A stretch of DNA of 64,000 bases from a virus. The notes beneath the pieces were generated by a model. The model was not told the DNA's origin. It saw only the letters and a program-made list of their open reading frames with translations, and did no database searches. This document shows positions 18,765 to 26,833 of this stretch, one piece after another. Location of the stretch: positions 17,717 to 81,716 of the IMG/VR virus record IMGVR_UViG_3300046690_000279. One strand, 5' to 3'. Numbering within the stretch: position 1 is the first letter of the stretch; each line of letters starts with the position of its first letter. Made by a program: the position numbers and the translations under genes.

Positions 18765-19130
18765 ATGGAGATCACGGTTCGAGTCAGCGGCGGAATGTAC
18801 TGCGCACAGGTCCGCGACGGCCGCAAGCTCGTGCACTGCACCCAGCGTTTCTACACGGAAGGCATGGCGCTCGCAGACGCGAAGTGCTGGGTGGCGTTCC
18901 ACGGAGAGGGAGAGATCATGAACGACCTGGTCAAGCCTGGTGACAAGTTCGAGGCGCACCGGAAGGTTACGGGTGAGCTGCGCCCGGTCGGCGCTGGTGA
19001 GATGCTGCGGCTGATCGCTGAGGCTAAGTCGTTCGGGCTGGAAGTCGTCGAAAAGATGGGCACGGAGCGGGCTTACATCGAGATTGGCCGGAACGGAAGC
19101 TCTTACGGCCAGTACTTCCGCGTGGCCTAG
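18765..19130 (+). CDS. Hypothetical two-module protein (internal start 18918)
   Basis: N-terminus homologous to 59821; C-terminus unrelated. Confidence 0.7.
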   Translation: MEITVRVSGGMYCAQVRDGRKLVHCTQRFYTEGMALADAKCWVAFHGEGEIMNDLVKPGDKFEAHRKVTGELRPVGAGEMLRLIAEAKSFGLEVVEKMGTERAYIEIGRNGSSYGQYFRVA

Positions 19131-19186
19131 TCGCATCAGCAGAATGCCCGGGGCCGTAGCTGCGACCCCGGGCTGGGGAGGGAACC

Positions 19187-19432
19187 ATGTTCGTTCACAC
19201 TGAGAACATCAAGCGCGTGGTGGCTGTGACGACCGAGACGGGCGAGGATGGCAACTTTGTTCTCTGCCTCGAAGTGCAGACCACCGGGAATGTGCGCAAG
19301 GTGCTTCGCGTGCCGCACTACTTCGCTGACTTTCTTCGGGCATCGCTGGAAAGCGAATTTGATATGATGCCCGAAGATGAGCGCAAGCGCAGTTTTCAAG
19401 CCAGCATGGCCAGCGTCCGTAAGGGGAAGTAG
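19187..19432 (+). CDS. Hypothetical protein
   Basis: Homolog at 60300. Confidence 0.7.
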   Translation: MFVHTENIKRVVAVTTETGEDGNFVLCLEVQTTGNVRKVLRVPHYFADFLRASLESEFDMMPEDERKRSFQASMASVRKGK

Positions 19433-19433
19433 C

Positions 19434-19631
19434 GTGCCGCAAATCAAGCTCGATATCCTGGAAATCACGGGCTTCGAAGAGTTCGCCGATCGCAGCGTTG
19501 ATATTCAGGTGGTCGACCGGGTCCGGGGGCCGGTTGTCCTCCGCATGCAGGAAGATACGGCGCGCTGGCTGTTCGCTCTGGGTACGGATAAGCTCACTTC
19601 GTGGCGCAAGGCTGATGGAGAGGACGACTGA
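19434..19631 (+). CDS. Hypothetical protein
   Basis: Homolog at 60547. Confidence 0.65.
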   Translation: MPQIKLDILEITGFEEFADRSVDIQVVDRVRGPVVLRMQEDTARWLFALGTDKLTSWRKADGEDD

Positions 19632-19632
19632 C

Positions 19633-19803
19633 ATGGAATACCAGACGCGAGAGTTCCGGGCGGACATGACGTGCGAGTACTCCACGCGGGATCGCTGGGA
19701 CGGAGTCAGGGCGGTAACGCTGATTGATTGCGGGCCAGTGGTCGGCATGGTGGCAGCGTGCCAGGAGTGCGCGGACATGTACGAGCGCCTGCAAGCGAAG
19801 TAA
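19633..19803 (+). CDS. Small Cys-containing protein (A-specific)
   Basis: RBS GGAGAGG; CQEC. Confidence 0.55.
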   Translation: MEYQTREFRADMTCEYSTRDRWDGVRAVTLIDCGPVVGMVAACQECADMYERLQAK

Positions 19804-19986
19804 GGAACGGGGCCCCTTCGGGGGCCCTTTCTTTTGGCCTCAATAAGGTTGCTTGACTCAATTAATGAACACAACATGAATGTAATGTACAGGTTTGGCA
19901 AACCATACGGCGTATGTCGGAGTATTTGATTCCGGAACCTTTACGCTTCCTGTGAGCCCCCCACCCGTCGCCCCTAGTTAGCGATC

Positions 19987-20394
19987 ATGACTTGTATTGA
20001 GCCGACCCCCACGACAGACCTTTATTTGTTCATACCCGGACCGCTGGGCCACGGTTCCTGGGCATGGTCCGAACACCCGCGCTGGCCTGGTGTGCTGGCC
20101 TCTGACTTCGCTTACAGCGCCCGTGAAGCCTCAGCGCTCGTACGGGCCTACGCAACGACCGTGGCGCGCCTGATAGCCCCCCGCGAAGCCAACCGGTTCA
20201 TAGTGCTCGGGCGTGGCCGAGTGACTGGCCTGGTGCTCGCCCGGGACGAGTGGGAGTGGCACCAGCGGGATAGGGAGTACGCGCCGACCGACGACGAGCC
20301 TTGGAACACGTGGCGTACTGCCGCCCGCGCCTACTACGAAATCACGGGCAAGTTGATCGAGCGTCAGAAGTTCAGACCTAGGCTGGACGTGTAG
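19987..20394 (+). CDS. Hypothetical Trp-rich protein
   Basis: Homolog at 61119. Confidence 0.7.
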   Translation: MTCIEPTPTTDLYLFIPGPLGHGSWAWSEHPRWPGVLASDFAYSAREASALVRAYATTVARLIAPREANRFIVLGRGRVTGLVLARDEWEWHQRDREYAPTDDEPWNTWRTAARAYYEITGKLIERQKFRPRLDV

Positions 20395-20417
20395 CACGCA
20401 CCGGTACGCTCGCCTGC

Positions 20418-20636
20418 ATGAACGACGAGACGAACGGGATCACCCCGCCCAAGATCAAGACCTACCGCAGCGTCCCCGAGCTACTCGCCAAGCTTGAGGG
20501 GCGTGCAGCCATGTGGGAGCGCGTATCGCGGGAGAACAAGGAACGGGCGGAAGACTTCGAGCGCGCTGCCCAAGAGATCAGGAACGGTGCAGCAAGCGTT
20601 GTCGTAGGGCGTACAACGTACGTGCTAGGGGAGTAG
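20418..20636 (+). CDS. Hypothetical protein (A-specific)
   Basis: TACGCT 7 nt before ATG, possibly leaderless. Confidence 0.6.
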   Translation: MNDETNGITPPKIKTYRSVPELLAKLEGRAAMWERVSRENKERAEDFERAAQEIRNGAASVVVGRTTYVLGE

Positions 20637-20694
20637 CCTGATTCAACTAGTCCGGTAACGGGCCGGGCGTGGTGGTGAGTTAGGACAACCGAAG

Positions 20695-20919
20695 ATGACC
20701 CAAGCGGACAGCGTGCAAGCGCTGCGAATGTCGCTTGACTCGGAGCCTGCGGGTGCCGGGCAAGCGAAGATCGTTTTCCCGGAGTCGTGGGCTCTCTGCG
20801 TTCTGTGCGGCGGGCCGACTGAAGTCCTGGTGGTGATCGCTTACTTTGAGTCTGCGTCGAACTCTGGCGCACTCAAGGGGTGCGGGTACTGCGCTGACCT
20901 ACTCGGGGTGGCGGCATGA
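20695..20919 (+). CDS. Small Zn-ribbon-like protein (A-specific)
   Basis: CxxC...CxxC. Confidence 0.5.
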   Translation: MTQADSVQALRMSLDSEPAGAGQAKIVFPESWALCVLCGGPTEVLVVIAYFESASNSGALKGCGYCADLLGVAA

Positions 20920-21128
20920 GCGAGGGAACGGGGCCCACGGTCCCACAAGAGGGCTACCAGGCAGCGTGGGCGGCGTACGTAGACCACGTACACCCCAGGG
21001 ACGGAGAGACCCCGCCGTGCCCCGTCTGTGTCAGTTCCAAGGGGCCGAGCCTGGGTTGCGAAGAGGGCCAGAGGCTTCACGGTAACTACCGGCTCGCGAG
21101 GATCGGCAAGCCCATAACGGCTGGCTAG
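20916..21128 (+). CDS. Small Cys/His protein (A-specific)
   Basis: ATGA coupling; H..CxxC..C. Confidence 0.55.
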   Translation: MSEGTGPTVPQEGYQAAWAAYVDHVHPRDGETPPCPVCVSSKGPSLGCEEGQRLHGNYRLARIGKPITAG

Positions 21129-21139
21129 CCTCAAACAGA

Positions 21140-21178
21140 AAAAGACCCGTCCGGGCGGCATCCCGGACGGGTCTTCTG
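21140..21178. terminator. Bidirectional terminator
   Basis: AAGACCCGTCCGGG/CCCGGACGGGTCTT between convergent ORFs. Confidence 0.75.
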
Positions 21179-21181
21179 TGT

Positions 21182-21376
21182 CTAGTAAGGGGGCGCAGGT
21201 ACCCGCCAAAGGGCCCACCCCTGCCCATACGTGCGGAGCGCGCAGCGAAACGGCATTTGCAGCCTGGTGTACAACTGTGCGGTTTCATGCCAGCGGACGA
21301 GCGAGTCATGCCGACTGAGACAACCCGATATCTGAACGGCGCCCGGGGGAAGCGGCGCACCCTTGCTCTTTCCCAT
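21182..21376 (-). CDS. Small leftward protein (64 aa), probably leaderless
   Basis: Conserved at 62405; TACAGT 6 nt before ATG; ends at a terminator. Confidence 0.6.
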   Translation of the reverse strand: MGKSKGAPLPPGAVQISGCLSRHDSLVRWHETAQLYTRLQMPFRCALRTYGQGWALWRVPAPPY

Positions 21377-21470
21377 GCCTCAACTGTACGAATTCCGGCC
21401 CGTTACCGAATCGGCCTGCGGTATGGGAAAGGGGTCACACCAGGGTCACGGCGCCCATATGATCATGGGC

Positions 21471-21680
21471 ATGAATCGCAGATACGTAATCAGGCGTTCC
21501 CCGGGCGGTTGGGGAATACGCGACCTAGTGGCACCAGGCCTCTGCACGCTGCAAGACGACCAGGGCGCCACAGTGCCGCTTGAGTGGGACGACCCCACAG
21601 GGGCCGAAGAGTGGCTGTACCGGTGCCGCGTAGCTTGGGGCGCTGGCCTGGTCACAGCGCCGGACGGCTGGCGCGGATAG
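21471..21680 (+). CDS. Small att-adjacent protein (RY..C..WLxxC family)
   Basis: TATGAT 7 nt before ATG; homolog at 62695. Confidence 0.65.
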   Translation: MNRRYVIRRSPGGWGIRDLVAPGLCTLQDDQGATVPLEWDDPTGAEEWLYRCRVAWGAGLVTAPDGWRG

Positions 21681-21681
21681 G

Positions 21682-21739
21682 TCCATGTACTCAAGGGTGT
21701 GCATGTGACCCCTGACGTGTGTAGCCTTGAGTACATGGA
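21682..21739. other. attP-like site
   Basis: 15-bp perfect inverted arms TCCATGTACTCAAGG/CCTTGAGTACATGGA, centre CC, overlapping the integrase start. Confidence 0.75.
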
Positions 21740-23204
21740 TCAGAAAACGTTGAACGTCGCGCTGTACCTGCGCCTGAGCCGGGACGCCGAAGGCAGCGCC
21801 AGCATCGAGACCCAGCGTGCTGCGGCCCTTGCCTGGCTGGCCGCGAACGGGATCACTGACTACGTGCTCACTGAGTACCTAGACGCTGGCGTGTCCGGCG
21901 CGAAACCCCTGGAAGCCCGTAAGGGCATGGCCCAGCTCATGACCGACGTACAGGAGCGTGTCACGGCCGCAGGGCGGAACGGGCCGGGAGAGACGATTGT
22001 CATAGCGTGGAAGCTGGACCGGTACGCGCGCAGCGTGAGTGAGTTCCTCCGCCTGGTCGCGTGGGGCCAGCCTCGCAATGTGCGGTTGGCCACGACAGAC
22101 AACACGATCAACACCACCACCGCCACGGGCCGCATGGTCGCAACGTTCCTTGCAGCGCTGGCCGAGTGGGAACGCGACCTGATCAAATCGCGCATCACCG
22201 AGGGGCAGGCCACTCGACGGACGCAGGGCCGATGGGGCGCCGGAAACCCCCCGTACGGGTACCGAATCGTGTTTCGGGACGGCGCTGCGTATCTCGAAAT
22301 ACACGAAGAGCAAGCGGCCGTAATCCGGAAAGCCGTCGACGAGCTGTTGAACAATGAAGACAGTTCGGTAGCGAGCACAGCGCTGATGGTGGACGTGTCA
22401 GAGGCCCAATGGCGCCGGTTGCTCAAAGCGCCGACGCTGAAAGGCCAGCGCACGCACCATGGCCAACTTGTCGTTGCCGATGATGGAATTACGCCCGTGC
22501 AATTCGCTGAGCCGATCATCGGCGCCGCTGAATTCAAAAAGATTCAAGCCAGGCTGGCGAGGCTGTCCACTGGGGCGCAGCAGACGCCTAGGGCGGGGGC
22601 TAACCTCTGCGCCGGTATGTCCTGGTGCGCTGTCTGCAACGGGCGACTGAACGGCGGACGCAGCGACAGGGGCGAACAGCTCTACCGGTGCAAGGCTGGG
22701 CACGTAGCCATCTACGCCCGTGTGCTCGACGAGAAAGTTGAGGCCGAATTCATGACCAGGTTCGGCGGCATGGCCGAGTACGTGGTGCGACTCGAAGGCG
22801 GTAACGACCTCAGCGACCAACTGACAGAAGCGGAGGAGCAAGCGAAGCGTCTGTCCAAGCGCATGGCTACCGCTGGCCCGCTGATGCTCGGATCGCTCGA
22901 AGAGCTGGGCGCTGAGCTAGAAGCCACGTACGCCGCTCTAAGGGCCGCGCACGACCCTGACGTACGCGAGGTACTCGAACCCACTGGAAGGACGGTAGGC
23001 GAAGCGTGGGAGGCCTCCCCGGGGTCGCGTGGCCGCTTGCTCAGGGACCTAGGGCTGCATGTAGTGCTGGCCGCCAACGGGCGGGGGCGAATCAGCGCGG
23101 AGCGGGTAGGCGAGCGCGTGTCGGTCTCATGGGCCGTCGGGGGCGATGATCATGACCTGGCCGAGATGCTCGGCGACCTTGACGCAGAGAGGGTTTCCCA
23201 GTGA
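21735..23204 (+). CDS. int: Large serine integrase
   Basis: YLRLS catalytic motif, DAGVSG, KLDRYAR, recombinase domain, Zn ribbon and coiled coil. Confidence 0.95.
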   Translation: MDQKTLNVALYLRLSRDAEGSASIETQRAAALAWLAANGITDYVLTEYLDAGVSGAKPLEARKGMAQLMTDVQERVTAAGRNGPGETIVIAWKLDRYARSVSEFLRLVAWGQPRNVRLATTDNTINTTTATGRMVATFLAALAEWERDLIKSRITEGQATRRTQGRWGAGNPPYGYRIVFRDGAAYLEIHEEQAAVIRKAVDELLNNEDSSVASTALMVDVSEAQWRRLLKAPTLKGQRTHHGQLVVADDGITPVQFAEPIIGAAEFKKIQARLARLSTGAQQTPRAGANLCAGMSWCAVCNGRLNGGRSDRGEQLYRCKAGHVAIYARVLDEKVEAEFMTRFGGMAEYVVRLEGGNDLSDQLTEAEEQAKRLSKRMATAGPLMLGSLEELGAELEATYAALRAAHDPDVREVLEPTGRTVGEAWEASPGSRGRLLRDLGLHVVLAANGRGRISAERVGERVSVSWAVGGDDHDLAEMLGDLDAERVSQ

Positions 23205-23704
23205 TTCACTGCACGATTTGCCAGCACGACAAGCCGCGTAGCGAGTTCGCTGACAGCGAGGTGCGGAACGAGACCACCGGTTGGTGTAGGTCCTGCATGG
23301 TCCTGTACAGGGAAGCGGGGCGCTTGGGTGTGCGTGACCCCGCGCAGCACGTACGTAACGCCCTGCCACCCATTGAGTGCTCTAAGTGCGGTGAGACCAG
23401 GCCCACCCGAGAGTTCGCCCCGGGCGCGCCGGTAGCCACCTGTGTGGCGTGCTGGGACGGAGGCAAGGGCGAGCGCAGACGGGAGTCAATGCGCAAGCTC
23501 AGGTCGGAGACTCCGCTAGAAGAGTTGGCAGCCAAACAGGCGGCCTACCGCGCGGGCATGCGCAAGGACAAGTGCGCCATCTGCGGCGGGCCCATCGAAG
23601 GGCAGGGCATCTGCATGCGCTGCGAAGGCCACGTGATGGCGCTGGGCGGGCTGGAGGGGCTGAAGCAGGCCGTTCGCGCTGTGCGGTATCTGGAAGGACA
23701 GTGA
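23201..23704 (+). CDS. Multi-CxxC zinc-binding protein
   Basis: Six CxxC pairs; GTGA overlap with int. Confidence 0.65.
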   Translation: MIHCTICQHDKPRSEFADSEVRNETTGWCRSCMVLYREAGRLGVRDPAQHVRNALPPIECSKCGETRPTREFAPGAPVATCVACWDGGKGERRRESMRKLRSETPLEELAAKQAAYRAGMRKDKCAICGGPIEGQGICMRCEGHVMALGGLEGLKQAVRAVRYLEGQ

Positions 23705-23838
23705 CCTAGGTCACACTGTTTGGTCACGGGGCGATCACGGGCGAGTGCCGGTGGTCGCCCTTCGGCGTTACAGCGCACAGGGTCGGTGACGTTTCTTTTT
23801 CAGCGCCCAAGATCAACATGCCATCTGACCTGCAACAA

Positions 23839-23931
23839 GTGATGAAGTGACGTTTTACCCCTACTTCTCAGAATCACATAAGAAAACCTATAGGGATTAC
23901 AGAAGTGCCATCCATATCGTCACTTCGTCAC
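23839..23931. repeat. Nested inverted-repeat element, B allele copy 1
   Basis: 40-bp core identical to 47610-47649. Confidence 0.7.
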
Positions 23932-23963
23932 CACGGCGCCGTTACCCACCTGTGGCCGCCCGG

Positions 23964-23979
23964 GGCCTTTCACCCGATC
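23964..23979 (+). promoter_or_regulatory. B-type motif GGCCTTTCACCCGATC (candidate late promoter)
   Basis: Upstream of the tRNAs and the packaging operon. Confidence 0.7.
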
Positions 23980-24107
23980 TATATATAGTGTAGGGCGGTT
24001 GTTCCCGCGCACTGAGGAACGATGACCCGGCGGTCTGAGGACCCACCCTACAAAGCGGCCCTGTGTGCTCCCGTGCCTCTCTCCCACGGTCTGAGCACCA
24101 GGGCTAC

Positions 24108-24181
24108 GCCCCCTTAGCTCAGTGGTCTAGAGCGTCCGCTTGTCGTGCGGAGGGTCACCGGTTCGAATCCGGTAGGGGGCG
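24108..24181 (+). tRNA. tRNA-Asp(GTC)
   Basis: Full cloverleaf; TTCGAAT T-loop. Confidence 0.9.
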
Positions 24182-24364
24182 CGCAGGTGCAGACAATAGG
24201 CCGTGACTGGCGCGACGATATGCACCCTGGGTGAAACCGGCGCAGACTGGCCAGCTTGTCACTGGTTGCAGCGCGCGGCGAGTAACCCTAAATCTTGGTA
24301 AGGGGCAGCGTTAGCGCTGGAAACGCCACCACCCCCATGCAGCGGTGAACTGGTCCGCTGCCAA

Positions 24365-24437
24365 TGGCGTGTAGCTCAATCGGTAGAGCGCCGGACTGTT
24401 AATCCGGGGGTTGCTGGTTCGAATCCAGCCGTGCCAG
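24365..24437 (+). tRNA. tRNA-Asn(GTT)
   Basis: Cloverleaf; CCGGA-CTGTTAA-TCCGG anticodon arm. Confidence 0.9.
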
Positions 24438-24556
24438 CTCGCTTCGCGACAGTCACTGAGATTGGTCCCGGCCGTACTCCGGGCAAGTGCAACGGCGAAG
24501 CGCACCGTTCCCCAGCGTCAAAAGAGTGAGACGGCCCGCAAGGGTGCTGGGGCTAA

Positions 24557-24637
24557 CCGCTGATGGTGTAACGGTAGCCACGCCAGGCTTAGGCCCTGGT
24601 GCCTTCGGGCGTGGGGGTTCGAATCCCTCTCAGCGGA
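24557..24637 (+). tRNA. tRNA-Leu(TAG)
   Basis: Cloverleaf with a long variable arm. Confidence 0.85.
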
Positions 24638-24685
24638 CGAGCCCTGTACGGGGCGCCTGGTTAGCACACCATGAACGTGCGAAGC

Positions 24686-24759
24686 GTGGGTATGGTCCAG
24701 TTGGTTAGGGCGCCTGGTTTGGGACCAGGAAGTCACAGGTTCGAATCCTGTTACCCGCA
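24686..24759 (+). tRNA. tRNA-Pro(TGG)
   Basis: Cloverleaf; CCTGG-TTTGGGA-CCAGG. Confidence 0.85.
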
Positions 24760-24776
24760 CGGGTCCGATCGGACCA

Positions 24777-24850
24777 GGGCAGGGGCAGACGTGCCCATTA
24801 GGTTGAAGTGCCGCCAAGGCACGAGGGGTTCAAATCCCGCCTGCCCGCCA
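24777..24850 (+). ncRNA. Degenerate tRNA-like element
   Basis: GGGCAGG/CCTGCCC acceptor plus GCCA; TTCAAAT loop; abnormal D and anticodon arms. Confidence 0.5.
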
Positions 24851-24853
24851 CCA

Positions 24854-24871
24854 CATACGGATATCCGGAGG
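24854..24871. promoter_or_regulatory. Operator/RBS variant
   Basis: CATACGGATATCCGGAGG. Confidence 0.7.
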
Positions 24872-24878
24872 TGCCCCG

Positions 24879-25376
24879 TTGGGCGAGCATGTCCCCCAGC
24901 CTGGTGACTTCGGCCTATGCCGGATATCCGGGCTCACTGGCGCTGCTGTGTCCGCTGGCCAACGCCTGATCGGTTCCGGTAGCTACTTCACGCACGCGTT
25001 CATCTACCTCGGCGACGGCGAAGTGATTCAGGCCCAACCGGGCGGAGCTAAGCGCATGCTGCTGAGTGACGCCGTGAGCGACCACAGCCGCGTAGCGTAC
25101 TCGTCCTTCCCGCTGGCCCCTATTCAGCGCGCTGCCATTCTGGGCGCAGCGACGTACCTGATTGGCACCCCGTACAGCTTCGCGGATTACGCGGCCATTG
25201 GTGCCCGTCGACTGCTTGGCGTTGCCACGCTGGAACGATTTGTGCGCGATAGCGGCCACATGATTTGTAGTCAGTTCGTCGATGAGTGTTATCGGCGCGC
25301 TGGCTTTGAGCTTTTCCCCGGGCGAATTCCGGGCGATGTTGCCCCTGGCGACCTTGCCAACCTGATTGGAGCGTAG
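24879..25376 (+). CDS. Permuted NlpC/P60 (YiiX/YaeF-like) hydrolase
   Basis: N-terminal THAFIY His, GTPYSF, C-terminal ICSQFV Cys. Confidence 0.75.
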   Translation: MGEHVPQPGDFGLCRISGLTGAAVSAGQRLIGSGSYFTHAFIYLGDGEVIQAQPGGAKRMLLSDAVSDHSRVAYSSFPLAPIQRAAILGAATYLIGTPYSFADYAAIGARRLLGVATLERFVRDSGHMICSQFVDECYRRAGFELFPGRIPGDVAPGDLANLIGA

Positions 25377-25379
25377 CTA

Positions 25380-25682
25380 ATGCCAGCCTGCGGAGCATGC
25401 GGCAGCACTGCGCTTGTGGTCTGGGTAAGGCGCCCTAGCGAGGCTGAGCTAGCGGCGATTCCCGCTGAGCACGGTGGCGATAGCGCGGACGCCACTAATA
25501 CCACGGTCGCTGTATATGCCTGCGGATCACATGCTATTTCCGCTGATCTAGGCGCCCTAGTCCATCAGGCCCTATGTGCTGGCCCCTCTAGCCCTGCCCT
25601 GCCTGACTGCACCTGCACCCCTGAGCCTGCCCCTGTGGCTGTGCCTGAGCCTGTGCAGGAGCTACCGGCAGGGTGGCAGTAG
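25380..25682 (+). CDS. Cys-rich hypothetical protein
   Basis: RBS GGAG; CxxC, CxxH and CxC. Confidence 0.6.
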   Translation: MPACGACGSTALVVWVRRPSEAELAAIPAEHGGDSADATNTTVAVYACGSHAISADLGALVHQALCAGPSSPALPDCTCTPEPAPVAVPEPVQELPAGWQ

Positions 25683-25686
25683 GCCC

Positions 25687-26025
25687 ATGGCTAAGCGTCC
25701 CTGCCTGGTGTGCAGGCGTCTGACTACCAACCCTTCTCGCTGTGCTGCATGCCAAGCCAAGTACATGGCAGAGCGTGAGCGGCAGCGTGGCAGTGCTAGC
25801 CAGCGTGGGTACACCAGTGCCTACCGAGTAGTGGCTAAGCAGGTAGTGGCAGAGCACAGAGCAAGGCACGGTGGTTGGTGTCCTGGTTACGGCGTGCCCG
25901 ACCACAGGACCCACGATCTGACTGTGGACCACATCATCCCGCTTGCCCATGGTGGTACGCACGACCGTGCCAATCTGCGCGTTCTGTGTCGGGGCTGCAA
26001 CTCGCGCAAGCGTGACTCCCTGTAG
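25687..26025 (+). CDS. Terminase-associated HNH endonuclease
   Basis: VDHIIPLAHGG...CRGCN; next to the small terminase. Confidence 0.85.
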   Translation: MAKRPCLVCRRLTTNPSRCAACQAKYMAERERQRGSASQRGYTSAYRVVAKQVVAEHRARHGGWCPGYGVPDHRTHDLTVDHIIPLAHGGTHDRANLRVLCRGCNSRKRDSL

Positions 26026-26145
26026 GTGTTAGCGCTGGGCCCTGCCTCGCTGTGTTGTGTGCCAGCCACCCTTGGGAACCGTGCCAATTCGGACATGTAT
26101 GCCATAGGGGGGCAGGTCAATCTATAGCGGTGCATACCCAAAAGA

Positions 26146-26156
26146 CCCGGCTCCCA
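26146..26156. other. Candidate cos site CCCGGCTCCCA
   Basis: Lies between HNH and terS, where HK97-type cos sites sit; resembles the phiC31-group cohesive end as recalled (unverified). Confidence 0.35.
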
Positions 26157-26261
26157 TGGCTCTGCGCATCGCTGCGAAATTCTGACCCCGGGGGTCTAGC
26201 CCAAAAACGCTCTAGAACCGCTAAACAGCGCGGAATTCACGTCCGGCAGGGGGTAAATCGC

Positions 26262-26732
26262 ATGGCCGTTGGCCGTCCCCCGGTCCCCGCTGAGCGTAAG
26301 CGAAAACTGGGAAATCCTGGCGCCCGCCCGTTGCCTGACCCCGCCGCTGTCCATGACGCTGCACCGGTCACCATGGCTGCGCCTGCGCATTTGGGCCCGT
26401 CCGGCGCTGAGCTTTACTCACGCATTGTCACTGGTGCTGCCTGGCTCGCGGAGACGGACCGCCCGACGCTGGAATTGCTGTGCGAAAAGGTCGACCGGCG
26501 AGCGCTGATGAAAGCACAGCTAGATCACAGCGAAATGGTGCTCTTCACGGACAAGGCTTATGCCTATCCCAATCCCCTGGTCGGCATGCTCAGCACCATC
26601 GAAACCGAGATTGCGAAGCTATTCGGCGCGCTGGGTCTGACGCCTACCGATCGCACGCGTATGGGGCTCGCTGAGGTGAAGGCGCGCAACGCGTTTGAAG
26701 ACTTCCTAGCGAAGAAAGCGGGGCCAGCGTGA
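26262..26732 (+). CDS. terS: Terminase small subunit (P27 family)
   Basis: GNPG, YPNPLV and LGLTPTDR motifs. Confidence 0.9.
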   Translation: MAVGRPPVPAERKRKLGNPGARPLPDPAAVHDAAPVTMAAPAHLGPSGAELYSRIVTGAAWLAETDRPTLELLCEKVDRRALMKAQLDHSEMVLFTDKAYAYPNPLVGMLSTIETEIAKLFGALGLTPTDRTRMGLAEVKARNAFEDFLAKKAGPA

Positions 26733-26808
26733 GCCGGTGGGGTGAACTGATTCCGCACGACGAAGACGCAGGCACCGCATGTCTCTGTGGCTGCAACGAC
26801 GAGTAGCA

Positions 26809-26826
26809 CATACGGATATCCGGAGG
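26809..26826. promoter_or_regulatory. Operator/RBS variant before terL
   Basis: CATACGGATATCCGGAGG. Confidence 0.7.
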
Positions 26827-26833
26827 TGACCTA

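Larger units (their letters stand above)
1..21710 (+). mobile_element. Unit A: partial phiC31-like temperate phage genome (tail fibre to att)
   Basis: Colinear with about 40150-62935 but with different accessory genes and intergenic motifs. The right boundary is assumed to be att; it is only bracketed between about 21.1 and 23.8 kb. Confidence 0.8.

Noticed and set aside
24777-24850. tmRNA
   Set aside because: Too short, with no tag reading frame or pseudoknots
24920-24931. Additional operator CCGGATATCCGG
   Set aside because: Only the central core matches and it lies in coding sequence
26025-26262. A/B junction at cos (simple joining of two virion genomes)
   Set aside because: B-type elements occur at 23839-23979, upstream of this region
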